From an uncultured Gemmatimonadales bacterium (lineage in GTDB: Bacteria > Gemmatimonadota > Gemmatimonadetes > Gemmatimonadales > JACORV01): a stretch of 64,000 nucleotides of DNA. The position numbers and the translations under genes were made by a program. Positions 26,674 through 36,533 of this stretch are shown in pieces. A model generated the notes under the pieces. It had not been told where the DNA came from. It was given only the letters and a program-made list of their open reading frames with translations, and made no database searches. The stretch covers positions 153,948 to 217,947 of the forward strand of contig CAWDZR010000016.1 of the NCBI GenBank assembly GCA_963806755.1, in the 5' to 3' direction. The number at the start of each line of letters is the position of its first letter. The stretch's first letter is position 1.

Positions 26674-29394
26674 CTAACTCGCGGCGGGCTCCCCCGGAAC
26701 GCCTTCGGGCACACGCGTGGCCAGGGGCAGCGAGAAGCGGAACATGGCGCCGCCGCCGGGCCTGTTCTCGGCCCAGATGCGCCCGCCGTGGGCCGTCAGG
26801 ATGCCGCGGCAGATGGTGAGGCCCAGGCCGACGCCGCCGCCACTGCCCTCCGGGACGGCACCCGGGACGCGGTAGAACTTCTCGAACACCCGCGCTTCCT
26901 CCCCGGGCGCGAAGCCCGGGCCGCGGTCGGCCACGTTCACGGTCACCTGGCCGTCGGCCGCGGCGGCCGAGATCTCGATCGCGGTGCCGGCCGGCGTGTA
27001 CTTGGCGGCGTTCTCGAGCAGATTGACGAACACCTGCTCGACGAGGAGCCCGTCGATCCACAGCAGCGGCAGGTCGGCCGGCAGCGACACTTGCACCGGA
27101 TGCCCCTTGAGCCGCTCCTCGAGCCGAATCAGCGCGACGCCGACCACCTCCTCGAGCGGCTGCCAGTCGCGCTGCACCTCCAGCGCTCCCGTCTCGACGC
27201 GGATCATGTCGAGCAGGTTGCCGATGAGGCGGTTCATCCGCTGCGCCTCTTCCAGGATGGCGGTCAGCAGATCGCGCCGGGTGGCGTCCGCGAGCGCCCC
27301 GCGGTCCTCGAGCAGGCTGCTGGCCGCGCCGGTGATCGCGCCCAGCGGCGTACGCATGTCGTGCGAGAGGGACGAGAGCAACGCCGTCCGCAGCCGCTCC
27401 GCCTCCGCCTCGACCTGCTCCTGCTGGGCGCGCTCGCCGAGGTTGACGCGCTCCAGCGCCAGGGCCGCCTGGCCGGCGAGCGCCTCGAGCAGCCGCTGCA
27501 GCCCGGGATCCTGGAGGCGCTGCGGCACGTCGGACCGGAGGCCCACGACGCCGACCGTGCCGGAGGAGCCGATCAGCGGCAGGTAGAGCGCCTGGGCGGC
27601 CGGCAGCGTATCGGTACCCGCGCCGGCGGGGTGGCTCCGCTCGAACACCCACTGCGCGACGCTGCGCTCCTTCTCGTCGAGAGGATAGGCGGGGGGCGCG
27701 CCCACCGGGATCTCGAGCCGCCCCGCCGCGTCGGGCAGCAAGATCAGCGCCCGGCCGCCGAATCCGGCTTCCAGCTGCCGGCCGGCCGCGACGGCCACGC
27801 CGCTCCGGCCCCGCGTGGCCGCCAGCTCCCGGCTCATCGCGTACAGCGCCGCCGTCCGCTGCTCGCGCTCGCGCGCCGCCTCGGCCTGGGCGCGGATCCG
27901 CAGCGTCAGCGCGCTGATCAGCAGCGCGATGGTGAGCATCACCACGAAGGTCAGCACGTAGCGGATGTCGGAGACGGCGAAGGTGTAATACGGCGGCACG
28001 AAGAAGAAGTCGAACAGGGCGATGCTGATCAGCGCCGCGGACACCGAGGGCCCGCGGCCGTACCGCGAGGCCACGACGCCTGCGCCGAGCAGGTACACCA
28101 TCGCGACGTCGGTGACGGTGAGGTAGCGGAACACCAGCGCGGCCACCACCGTGGCGGCCGCGACGATCAGCCCGGCCGACGCGTACTCGTCGAGCGGCGA
28201 GCGCCGGACCGCGCGGCCGGCCCGGCGCCGGCGCCGCGGCTCGCCCTCGACGTCGCCGCTGATCGCGTACACGTCCACGTCGCCGCTGCCCCGGACCAGC
28301 TGGTCGAGCAGCGACCCGAAGACCTTGTCGCGCCAGCGCGGATGGGTGGGCTTGCCCACCACGATCTTGGTGACGTTGTGGGCCCGCGCGTAGGCCAGGA
28401 TCTCCTCGGCCGCATGGTGGCCGCTCAGCGTCGCCGTCGCCGCCCCCAGCGACTCGGCGAGCTGGAGGTTGGCGACCAGCGCCTCGCGGTCCGCGGGCGA
28501 GACCGCCTGGCCCGGGCGCTCGACGTACGCCACCCGCCACTCGCACTTGAGGCCCGTCGCCATCCGCTTGCCGGCGCGCACCAGCCGCGCGCCCTCGGGG
28601 TTCGGGCCGATGCACACCAGCAGCCGCTCGCCCGCGGGCCACGTGGCGTGGATCCCGGCCTCGCGCATGTAGCCGCGCATCTGCGCGTCCACGCGCTCGG
28701 CGGCACGGCGCAGCGTCAGCTCCCGGAGCGCGATCAGGTTGCCCTTCCGGAAGAACCGCTCGATCGCCGCCGCGGCCTGCTCGGGCACGTACACCTTCCC
28801 CTGCCGCAGCCGGGCGAGGAGGTCGTCCGCCGAGAGATCGGCCAGCTCGATCTCGTCCGCCTGGTCGAACACGGCGTCGGGGAGCGTCTCGCGCACCGTG
28901 ACGCCGGTGATCTGGGCCACCACGTCGTTGAGGCTCTCGAGGTGCTGGACGTTCAAGGTGGAATAGACGCTGATGCCCGCCGACAGCAGCTCCTCGACGT
29001 CCTGCCAGCGCTTGGCGTGGCGCGAGCCGGGCGCGTTGGTGTGGGCCAGCTCGTCCACCAGGAGGATCCCCGGCCGGCGCTGCAGGGCCGCGTCGAGGTC
29101 GAATTCCTGGAGGGTGATGCCGCGGTACTCGATCGGGTGCCGGGGCAGCACGGCGAGCCCCTCGGCGAGGGCGGCCGTCTCGGGGCGGCCGTGGGTTTCC
29201 ACCACCCCCATGACCACGTCCGCGCCGTCCCGCAGCTGGGCGCGCGCCGCCTCGAGCATGGCGAACGTCTTGCCGACGCCGGGCGCGGCGCCGAAGAAGA
29301 TCTTGAGGCGCCCGCGCGACGCGCGCCGTTCCTCCTCGTGCGCCTGCGCGAGGAGCGCTTCGGGATCGGGCCGGCGAGGCTCGGAGGGCGTCAC
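26674..29394 (-). CDS. kdpD: Sensor histidine kinase KdpD
   Basis: 906 aa. N-terminal KdpD domain (GRLKIFFGAAPGVGKTFAMLEAA), a Usp domain, a 4-TM block, GAF-like region, H-box (SLSHDMRTPL) and an HATPase domain (NLLENAAKYTP..DRGPG..GVGLGLTICRGI). Confidence 0.95.
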   Translation of the reverse strand: MTPSEPRRPDPEALLAQAHEEERRASRGRLKIFFGAAPGVGKTFAMLEAARAQLRDGADVVMGVVETHGRPETAALAEGLAVLPRHPIEYRGITLQEFDLDAALQRRPGILLVDELAHTNAPGSRHAKRWQDVEELLSAGISVYSTLNVQHLESLNDVVAQITGVTVRETLPDAVFDQADEIELADLSADDLLARLRQGKVYVPEQAAAAIERFFRKGNLIALRELTLRRAAERVDAQMRGYMREAGIHATWPAGERLLVCIGPNPEGARLVRAGKRMATGLKCEWRVAYVERPGQAVSPADREALVANLQLAESLGAATATLSGHHAAEEILAYARAHNVTKIVVGKPTHPRWRDKVFGSLLDQLVRGSGDVDVYAISGDVEGEPRRRRRAGRAVRRSPLDEYASAGLIVAAATVVAALVFRYLTVTDVAMVYLLGAGVVASRYGRGPSVSAALISIALFDFFFVPPYYTFAVSDIRYVLTFVVMLTIALLISALTLRIRAQAEAAREREQRTAALYAMSRELAATRGRSGVAVAAGRQLEAGFGGRALILLPDAAGRLEIPVGAPPAYPLDEKERSVAQWVFERSHPAGAGTDTLPAAQALYLPLIGSSGTVGVVGLRSDVPQRLQDPGLQRLLEALAGQAALALERVNLGERAQQEQVEAEAERLRTALLSSLSHDMRTPLGAITGAASSLLEDRGALADATRRDLLTAILEEAQRMNRLIGNLLDMIRVETGALEVQRDWQPLEEVVGVALIRLEERLKGHPVQVSLPADLPLLWIDGLLVEQVFVNLLENAAKYTPAGTAIEISAAAADGQVTVNVADRGPGFAPGEEARVFEKFYRVPGAVPEGSGGGVGLGLTICRGILTAHGGRIWAENRPGGGAMFRFSLPLATRVPEGVPGEPAAS

Positions 29395-29477
29395 GCGCCT
29401 AACCTAGCATCGGCGCGTGACGCCTGGTGAGGGCGGGGCTGCGGCCGGAGGCATCGCCCCCGGCCACGGGCGGCCGG

Positions 29478-30827
29478 CTACAGCTTCACCAGCAGCGCGC
29501 AGTTGATGCGGTTCTCCATCTTCCGCAAGTCCGGCGACCAGCCGGCGACGTTCGATCCGGGCGCGCCCTGGTTGCCGTTCGGCGGCGTCACGCCACCGGG
29601 GCCCGCGAAGTACGGCACGCTCGCCGCGCGATGATCGAACTCGGCCCGGAAGGTCACGAAGTCGTCGGGCATGTAGTCGAACGTGAGCGAGGCGTCCCAG
29701 GCCGAGAACCGGTCGCCGGGATTCTCGGTGAAGTACGACGTGCCCGAGAAGGCGGTGGCGCCGTTGATCGGCGGCATCAGCACCAGGTAGCGACCCGGGT
29801 TGGTCATCGCGCCGCCGCCCAGGGTGACGGCGTACAGGTCCTTGTCGAACCAGAGCCGGTTGTAGAGCATGAAGCCGAGAAACGCCTGCTTGGGGCCAAG
29901 CGTGGTGCCCGTGCAGCTCACGCCTCCGCCGTTCTCGCAACCTGCGTCCACCGTGAGCGAGAACGCCGCCTTGTCCGGCAGCCCCGCCGGCCGGTCGAGG
30001 TACTTCACCTGCACGCTGTTGTCGGTGTGCACCCGGGCCCGGTTCGGGATGCCCAGCCAGTCGTAGCCGTAGTAGTTGTTCGACAGCACTGAGACGGCGC
30101 CGGTGGGCCGCCACAGGATCTGCACGCCGTAGCCCGGGCTCTCGTTGAACATGCCGTACGATTGCCAGCCGTTCACCAGCCACGGCTCGATCTTGAGCTT
30201 GTCGCTGGGGAAGATCTGCACCCGCAGGCCGTTGAAGAACCACGGCGTATTGCTCGACACGTATGACGGCTGATACGCCCAGTTGTCGAAGTTGTAGTAG
30301 CCGAACAGCCCCACGTACGACATGAAGATGCCGGCCTCGAAGTTGATCCCGTTCCACACGTTCCAGTGGTAGCCGCCGTACGCCTCGGAGATGTAGCGGT
30401 AGGCGTCAGCCAGGTTCCACTGGCCGCGCGCCGGGCTGGCGTCGTTGCGCGGCGTCATCGTGGAGTACATCCCGAACTGCGTCATCAGGCGTCCGATGGC
30501 GTTCCCCGCGTGGAAGTCGCCGCCGATGCCGAGCTGCTGCACCTGGATCTCGCTGGTGCGCCCGCTCTCGCTGGTGCCGACCAGCGTGTGGTCCGACGGG
30601 TGGTTGAAATCGCCGATGTACGAGACGTCCACCCGGAACTCGCCCGTGAAGTACTTCGAGTCCAGCACGCTCTGGTGGCTGCGCGGGTTGCCCTGCAACC
30701 ACGTGAAGTCGGCGAAGGCGAAGGGAGCGGGCTTCGCTGCCGCGTGGGCCGTGTCCGCCGGCGTGGAGGCGGCGCGCGTCGTGTCCTGCGCAGCCAGGCA
30801 GCCGGGCACGAGCAGGCCCGCGAGCAT
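29478..30827 (-). CDS. Outer-membrane beta-barrel porin encoded inside the kdp locus
   Basis: Track ORF 29478..30881. The preferred start is ATG 30827, after the kdpC stop codon (MLAGLLVPGCLAAQ). The sequence is rich in alternating aromatic/Gly beta-strand patterns (YGGYHWNVWNGINFEAGIFMSYVGLFGYYNFDNWAY..). Confidence 0.7.
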   Translation of the reverse strand: MLAGLLVPGCLAAQDTTRAASTPADTAHAAAKPAPFAFADFTWLQGNPRSHQSVLDSKYFTGEFRVDVSYIGDFNHPSDHTLVGTSESGRTSEIQVQQLGIGGDFHAGNAIGRLMTQFGMYSTMTPRNDASPARGQWNLADAYRYISEAYGGYHWNVWNGINFEAGIFMSYVGLFGYYNFDNWAYQPSYVSSNTPWFFNGLRVQIFPSDKLKIEPWLVNGWQSYGMFNESPGYGVQILWRPTGAVSVLSNNYYGYDWLGIPNRARVHTDNSVQVKYLDRPAGLPDKAAFSLTVDAGCENGGGVSCTGTTLGPKQAFLGFMLYNRLWFDKDLYAVTLGGGAMTNPGRYLVLMPPINGATAFSGTSYFTENPGDRFSAWDASLTFDYMPDDFVTFRAEFDHRAASVPYFAGPGGVTPPNGNQGAPGSNVAGWSPDLRKMENRINCALLVKL

Positions 30828-30841
30828 CAGGCGTCCGATCA

Positions 30842-31420
30842 CTAGTGTCCTCCGAGACTGTCGAGAGCGAGATTGAGCCACAGCACGTTGACGCGCGGCT
30901 CGCCGAAGATGCCGAGGGTGCGTCCCTTCGTGTGCCGGGCCACCAGCGCGCGCACCGCCGCTTCCGGGAGCCCGCGGGCGCCGGCCACCCGCGCCACCTG
31001 GCCCTCGGCGCTGGCCGGCGAGATGTCGGGATCGAGCCCCGAGCCCGACGAGGTGACGAGATCGGCCGGGATCTGCCCCTTCACCCAGTGATCGAGCTTC
31101 ACCGCGCTGTCCACCGCCCCCACGACCAGCGTGTCGAGCTTCGCGCTGGTGGGCCCGAGATTGGTGCCGCCCGAGAGCGTGTCGTCGTAGCCGTTCCCGG
31201 CCGCCGACGGGCGCGCGTGGAAGTACCGGGCGCCGGCGAACGTCTGCCCGATGAGCAGGCTGCCCACGACCCTCCCGTCCACCGTCACCAGCGAGCCGTC
31301 GGCCTGGCGCGGGAAGAGGAGCCGGGCGATGCCCGTCACCAGTCCCGGGTAGAGGAGCCCGGTGATCACCATGAGGACGAGGGTGACCACGATCGCGGGA
31401 CGGAGCTGGTTCTTGAGCAT
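30842..31420 (-). CDS. kdpC: K+-transporting ATPase subunit KdpC
   Basis: This is the C-terminal 192 aa of track ORF 30842..31552, starting at ATG 31420. Sequence: MLKNQLRPAIVVTLVLMVITGLLYP...SGGTNLGPTS..L......ADLVT.SGSGLDP.ISP..A..Q..RVA..RG. Confidence 0.9.
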   Translation of the reverse strand: MLKNQLRPAIVVTLVLMVITGLLYPGLVTGIARLLFPRQADGSLVTVDGRVVGSLLIGQTFAGARYFHARPSAAGNGYDDTLSGGTNLGPTSAKLDTLVVGAVDSAVKLDHWVKGQIPADLVTSSGSGLDPDISPASAEGQVARVAGARGLPEAAVRALVARHTKGRTLGIFGEPRVNVLWLNLALDSLGGH

Positions 31421-31422
31421 GG

Positions 31423-33468
31423 CTACGCCAGATGGAGCAGGGTGAGAAGCACGTCCAGGACCTTGATGCCGGCGAACGGAATCAGGATGCCGCCGACACC
31501 GTACAGCCACAGGTTGCGGCGCAGGATCGCGGCGGCCGGCGCCGGGCGCCACCGCACGCCCCGGAGCGCCAGCGGGATCAGCGCGACGATGATGAGGGCG
31601 TTGAAGATCACCGCCGCGAGGATCGCCGACTGCGCCGAGTGCAGGCGCATGACGTTGAGCGCCTGGAGCGCCGGGTAGGTCGTCACGAACATCGCCGGGA
31701 TGATGGCGAAGTACTTGGCCACGTCGTTGGCGATCGAGAAGGTGGTGAGCGCGCCGCGGGTGATCAGCAGCTGCTTCCCGATCTCGACCACCTCGATGAG
31801 CTTGGTGGGGTTGGAGTCGAGATCGATGAGGTTCCCGGCCTCCTTCGCCGCCTGCGTGCCCGTGTTCATCGCGACGGCCACGTCGGCCTGGGCCAGCGCC
31901 GGCGCGTCGTTGGTGCCGTCGCCCGTCATCGCGACGAGCCGGCCGCCCGCCTGCTCGCGCTTGATGAGCGCCATCTTGTCCTCGGGCCTGGCCTGGGCGA
32001 GGAAGTCGTCCACGCCGGCCTCGGCCGCCACCGCGGCGGCCGTGAGCGGGTTGTCGCCGGTGATCATCACCGTCTTGATGCCCATCCGCCTGAGCTCGGC
32101 GAAGCGCTCCTTGATGCCGCCCTTCACGATGTCCTTGAGGTGGACGACGCCGAGGGCGCGCGGTCCGTCCGCCACCACCAGCGGCGTCCCGCCGTCCCGC
32201 GCGATCGCCTCCACGGAGGTGCGAACGCCGGCCGGGACGCTGCCTCCCTGCTCCGCGACGAAGGCCTCGATCGCGTCGGAGGCGCCCTTGCGGATCCGGC
32301 GGCCGTCGAAGTTGACCCCGCTGAGGCGGGTCTGCGCACTGAAGGGAATGAACGTGGCGCCCAGCCCGTGCACGTCGCGCTCCCGCAGCCCGTAGCTGGT
32401 CTTCGCCAGCACCACGATGCTCCGCCCCTCGGGCGTTTCGTCGGCCAGCGAGGCGAGCTGCGCCGCGTCCGCCAGCGCCTCGCCGGACACGCCCTCGGCG
32501 GGAACGAGCGCCACGGCCTGCCGGTTGCCGAGCGTGATCGTGCCGGTCTTATCGAGCAGCAGGGTGTCCACGTCGCCCGCCGCCTCCACCGCCCGGCCGC
32601 TCATCGCGATCACGTTGTGCTGGATCATCCGGTCCATGCCCGCGATGCCGATCGCGGAGAGCAGCCCGCCGATGGTGGTCGGGATCAGGCAGACCAGCAG
32701 CGCGACGAGGATCGGAATCGCGACGGCGCCGCCGGAGTAGATGGCGAACGGCTGCAACGTCACCACGGCCAGCAGGAAGACGATCGTGAGCCCCGACAGC
32801 AGGATGATCAGCGCGATCTCGTTGGGCGTCTTCTGGCGCTTGGCGCCCTCCACCAGGCCGATCATCCGGTCCAGGAACGTCTCGCCCGGATTGGCGGTGA
32901 TGCGCACGACCAGAAAGTCGGACAGCACCCGGGTGCCGCCCGTGACCGCCGACCGGTCGCCGCCGGACTCGCGGATCACGGGCGCCGACTCGCCGGTGAT
33001 GGCCGACTCGTCCACCGACGCCACCCCTTCGATCACCTCGCCGTCGCCGGGAACCAGGTCGCCCGGCTGGCACAGGACGACGTCGCCGCGCCGCAGCTCG
33101 CCCGCCCATACGCTCAGGGTCTTCGCGCGATCCTTGGGGTCACTCAGCTTCTTGGCGAGCGTCTGGGTCCGCGAGCGGCGCAGCGTGTCGGCCTGCGCCT
33201 TGCCCCGGCCTTCGGCCATCGCCTCGGCGAAGTTCGCGAACACCACGGTGAACCAGAGCCACAGGGCGATCTGGAGCGTGAAGCCGACGTCGCCCCGCCC
33301 CGCCGCGACGTCGCGCACCAGGACCAGCGTCGTCAGCACGCTGCCCACGAGCACCACGAACATCACCGGGTTGCGCACCATGTGCCGCGGATCGAGCTTG
33401 GCGAACGAGTCTCGCACGGCCCGGCGCACGATGGGCGGATCGAACAGGGGGCGCTTCGCGGTCGCCAT
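31423..33468 (-). CDS. kdpB: K+-transporting P-type ATPase subunit KdpB
   Basis: 681 aa. Contains [14 protein letters not shown] (the DKTGT phosphorylation site), [10 protein letters not shown] and [21 protein letters not shown]. Confidence 0.95.
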   Translation of the reverse strand: MATAKRPLFDPPIVRRAVRDSFAKLDPRHMVRNPVMFVVLVGSVLTTLVLVRDVAAGRGDVGFTLQIALWLWFTVVFANFAEAMAEGRGKAQADTLRRSRTQTLAKKLSDPKDRAKTLSVWAGELRRGDVVLCQPGDLVPGDGEVIEGVASVDESAITGESAPVIRESGGDRSAVTGGTRVLSDFLVVRITANPGETFLDRMIGLVEGAKRQKTPNEIALIILLSGLTIVFLLAVVTLQPFAIYSGGAVAIPILVALLVCLIPTTIGGLLSAIGIAGMDRMIQHNVIAMSGRAVEAAGDVDTLLLDKTGTITLGNRQAVALVPAEGVSGEALADAAQLASLADETPEGRSIVVLAKTSYGLRERDVHGLGATFIPFSAQTRLSGVNFDGRRIRKGASDAIEAFVAEQGGSVPAGVRTSVEAIARDGGTPLVVADGPRALGVVHLKDIVKGGIKERFAELRRMGIKTVMITGDNPLTAAAVAAEAGVDDFLAQARPEDKMALIKREQAGGRLVAMTGDGTNDAPALAQADVAVAMNTGTQAAKEAGNLIDLDSNPTKLIEVVEIGKQLLITRGALTTFSIANDVAKYFAIIPAMFVTTYPALQALNVMRLHSAQSAILAAVIFNALIIVALIPLALRGVRWRPAPAAAILRRNLWLYGVGGILIPFAGIKVLDVLLTLLHLA

Positions 33469-35184
33469 CTAGAACAGCCTCCCCGCGCCCATCAGCAGGT
33501 GCTCGACGATGGGGCCGAGCGAGAGCGCCGGAAAGAACGTGAGCGCGCCCACGATCAGGATGACGCCGACCAGCAGCGCGACGAACAGGGGCGACGTGAC
33601 CGGGAAGGTGCCGGCCGACGCCGGGACGATCTTGCGCTCCGAGAGGAACCCGGCCAGGGCCAGCGCCGGCACCATCATCGCGAACCGCCCGAACAGCGTG
33701 CCGAGCCCCAGCAGGGTGTTGTAGTAGTAGGTCGAGCCCGTCAGGCCGGCGAACGCGCTGCCGTTGTTGCCGGTGACGGACGAGAAGGCGTACAGGATCT
33801 CGCTCAGGCCGTGCGGCCCGTTGTTGTTGAGGCCCTTGAGCCCCGCCGGCAGCACGGCCGAAGCGGCCGTGAACAGCAGGATGACGGCCGGGAAGATCAG
33901 GACGTACAGCATCGCCATCCGCACTTCGCGGCTCTGGATCTTCTTGCCCAGGTACTCGGGCGTCCGGCCGACCATCAATCCGGCGATGAACACGGTCAGG
34001 ATCGCCATGACCAGCATCCCGTACAGCCCGGACCCGACGCCGCCGAAGATCAGCTCGCCAAGCTGGATGTTGACCAGCGGCACCATCCCGCCCAGCGGCG
34101 TGAACGAGTCGTGCATGCTGTTCACCGCGCCGCACGACGCGTCGGTGGTCACGGTGGCGTAGAGGGCGGAGTTCGCGATCCCGAAGCGGACCTCCTTGCC
34201 CTCCATGTTGCCGCCGGGGTTCGTCGCCGACGCCACGACGTCCACGCCGGCGGCGGCGTGAATCGGATTCCCGCGCGCTTCGGCCCAGTACGCGGTCGTC
34301 ACGCCGGCGGCGAACAGCACGAACATCGCCGCCCACAGCGCCCAGCCGTGCTTCTGGTTCTTCACCATCCGGCCGAAGGTGTAGGTGAGCCCGGCCGGCA
34401 CGATGAAGATCGCGAGCATGCTCAGGAAGTTGGTCCACGGCGTCGGGTTTTCGAACGGATGCGCGGCGTTGGCGTTGAAGAAGCCGCCGCCGTTGGTGCC
34501 GAGCTGCTTGATGGCTTCCTGGCTGGCGACCGGCCCCATCGCCAGCACCTGCTTGGCCCCTTCGAGCGTGGTGGCGGTGACGTAGGGGTGGAAGTTCTGG
34601 ATCACGCCCTGCTGGACGAACAGCAGCGCCAGGACGAACGACGCCGGCAGGAACAGGTACAGCGTCCCGCGCACCAGGTCCACCCAGAAGTTGCCGATCC
34701 TGCCCGCGGACCGGCGCGCGATGCCGCGCGCCAGGGCCACCGCCGCCGCGACGCCGCACGCCGCCGACATGAAGTTGTGGAAGGCGAGCTGCATCATCTG
34801 CGAGAGGTAGCTCATCACCGTCTCGCCGGAGTACGACTGCCAGTTGGTATTGGTGGTGAACGACGCGGCGGTCTCGAACGCCTGGCGGTCGGTCACCGCC
34901 ACGCGGTGGAAGGGATTGAGCGGCAGGTGCCCCTGCAGGCGGAGGGCGCCGTAGGTGACGAGCATGGACACGGCGCTGAAGAGCAGCAGGCCCGCCGCGT
35001 AGCGCGTCCAGTGCTGATCCTCCGCCGGGTCCACGCCGCACAGCCGGTAGATGACCCGCTCCACCGGCGCGAGCCAGCGCAGCGAGCCGTCGTACACGCG
35101 CAGGATGTAGATGCCCGCGGGCTTCGTCACGGCGAGCACCGCGACGGAGAAGATCAGGATCTGCAGCCAGCCGTTGAGGGTCAT
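33469..35184 (-). CDS. kdpA: K+-transporting ATPase subunit KdpA
   Basis: 571 aa. MTLNGWLQILIFSVAVLAVTKPAGIYI..., with TNTNWQSY and NGGGFFNAN selectivity-filter-like motifs. Confidence 0.95.
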   Translation of the reverse strand: MTLNGWLQILIFSVAVLAVTKPAGIYILRVYDGSLRWLAPVERVIYRLCGVDPAEDQHWTRYAAGLLLFSAVSMLVTYGALRLQGHLPLNPFHRVAVTDRQAFETAASFTTNTNWQSYSGETVMSYLSQMMQLAFHNFMSAACGVAAAVALARGIARRSAGRIGNFWVDLVRGTLYLFLPASFVLALLFVQQGVIQNFHPYVTATTLEGAKQVLAMGPVASQEAIKQLGTNGGGFFNANAAHPFENPTPWTNFLSMLAIFIVPAGLTYTFGRMVKNQKHGWALWAAMFVLFAAGVTTAYWAEARGNPIHAAAGVDVVASATNPGGNMEGKEVRFGIANSALYATVTTDASCGAVNSMHDSFTPLGGMVPLVNIQLGELIFGGVGSGLYGMLVMAILTVFIAGLMVGRTPEYLGKKIQSREVRMAMLYVLIFPAVILLFTAASAVLPAGLKGLNNNGPHGLSEILYAFSSVTGNNGSAFAGLTGSTYYYNTLLGLGTLFGRFAMMVPALALAGFLSERKIVPASAGTFPVTSPLFVALLVGVILIVGALTFFPALSLGPIVEHLLMGAGRLF

Positions 35185-35218
35185 GACGCCCCCGGGCGGC
35201 GCCCCATCGTGGGCACGG

Positions 35219-35308
35219 TCAGAACTTCTCCGGCTTGAGCAGGGTGTAAGCCAGGTACACCAGGAGCAGCAGCGACACGATCGCGGCGACGAGGGTCTCG
35301 GCGCTCAC
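35219..35308 (-). CDS. kdpF: K+-transporting ATPase subunit KdpF (29 aa)
   Basis: Not in the track (too short). My translation from GTG 35308 is VSAETLVAAIVSLLLLVYLAYTLLKPEKF*. It has the same length and pattern as E. coli KdpF and lies 35 nt upstream of kdpA. Confidence 0.7.
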   Translation of the reverse strand: MSAETLVAAIVSLLLLVYLAYTLLKPEKF

Positions 35309-35421
35309 GGCCGGTCCCCTTCGCCGGCGCCGTCCTTGCCCAGGTGCTCGCAGCCTCGGACGTAGGCGAGCATCAGGGCGAAAAACGCCACCGTGACGGC
35401 GATGTAGACGACGTCCAGCAT
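35305..35421 (-). CDS. Small hydrophobic ORF (38 aa) leading the kdp operon
   Basis: My translation is MLDVVYIAVTVAFFALMLAYVRGCEHLGKDGAGEGDRP*. The ATG at 35421 directly follows GGAGGGGAG. Its TGA overlaps the kdpF GTG (GTGA). Confidence 0.4.
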   Translation of the reverse strand: MLDVVYIAVTVAFFALMLAYVRGCEHLGKDGAGEGDRP

Positions 35422-35561
35422 CTCCCCTCCCGGAGCGGGAGGAGGAGAGTATCGGCCGTCAGGTCAAGATGGGGTCAGGAAGTCGCGGCGGGACATCAGG
35501 AAAGTATCAAGACGCAGGGTTGCCTGGTCGCGGCGGCTTCCAGGGCAACCCCGCGCCTCCG

Positions 35562-36452
35562 TCAGTGCCCCGCCTCCTGCGCGGCCCGCCACGCGCTCCG
35601 GTCCATCGGCGACAGGCTGTCGGCGAGACCCGGCCGAAGCTGGAAGCCGCGCTCGAAGACGAGCTTCGCCTCGCTGATGCGGTTGAGCAGCACCAGCACG
35701 CGACCGGTCTCGACGTACCACAGGCCGTTCTCGGGGAAGTGCTCCTTGAGGTACAGCGCGTGAGCCAGCGCGGAGTCGAGCTGCTGCGTCGCGACGAACG
35801 CCTCCATCAGCGCCCACTGGAGCGGCGGGGCCCGAGGCTCGTCGCGCACCGCGACCTGCATCACGGCCACGGCCTCCGGCGCCCGATGGAGCCGCAACAG
35901 GCAGTAGGCCAGCTCAGGGGCCGGTGCGTGCCACTGGGGGTGAGCGCTCACGAGGGGAAGCAGGACCGCGACGGCCTCCGGGCAGCGCCCCGCCGAGGCG
36001 AGGAGCCGCCCGTGCAGGGCGACGAAGGCCTGGTCCGTGTCGCCGAGTGCGGAGGCGCTGTCGGCCAGGGCGAGGGCCGCGGGGATGCGCCGCGCGCGCG
36101 CCTCCAGCAAGGCCTGCCCGCCCAGCGCCCGGGCCAGGCGAGGCTGGATCCGCAGGGCCGAGGCGAACTCGCCCGCCGCCTCCGAGTCCCGGCCGACTTC
36201 GATCGCGGCCGTGCCGCGGGCCACCAGCTCGGCGGCCCGGCTCGAGTCCCTCGCCGCGCGCCGTGCGGCCGCCGCGACGGTGTCCGATGCCCCCGGTGCG
36301 ACCGGGGTCGGCGGCACCGGCGCCTCGCCGGCGGGCGCGGCCGCCGGCACGGGCGATGCCCCGGCGCGGACGGCCACCCTCCCGGCACAGGCCGCCGCTG
36401 CCAGGGCCAGGACACACGTCGCGCCGACGACGAGCCGCTCGTTGGTGCTCAT
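35562..36452 (-). CDS. Secreted/lipoprotein TPR-like helical repeat protein
   Basis: 296 aa. Signal/lipobox: MSTNERLVVGATCVLALAAAAC. Ala/Leu-rich helical repeats (..AAGEFASALRIQPRLARALGGQALL.., ..ALMEAFVATQQLDSALAHALYL..). No specific family recognised. Confidence 0.55.
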   Translation of the reverse strand: MSTNERLVVGATCVLALAAAACAGRVAVRAGASPVPAAAPAGEAPVPPTPVAPGASDTVAAAARRAARDSSRAAELVARGTAAIEVGRDSEAAGEFASALRIQPRLARALGGQALLEARARRIPAALALADSASALGDTDQAFVALHGRLLASAGRCPEAVAVLLPLVSAHPQWHAPAPELAYCLLRLHRAPEAVAVMQVAVRDEPRAPPLQWALMEAFVATQQLDSALAHALYLKEHFPENGLWYVETGRVLVLLNRISEAKLVFERGFQLRPGLADSLSPMDRSAWRAAQEAGH

Positions 36453-36533
36453 GCCGCTCCTCCCCGGGCTGTGCCCACTGCGATTTGACTCAGGCTCCTG
36501 GGGGGAAGGTGCGGGGCAGGCGTCACTCGGGCG

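Noticed and set aside
31432-35238. 1268-aa plus-strand ORF opposite kdpB/kdpA
   Set aside because: It is antisense to two unmistakable Kdp subunits and has an Arg/His/Asp/Gly-dominated sequence with no domain pattern. It is an artefact.
35422-35561. Riboswitch (for example c-di-AMP class) in the kdp leader
   Set aside because: I could not recognise any conserved riboswitch core by eye. A covariance-model scan would be needed, so I make no claim.
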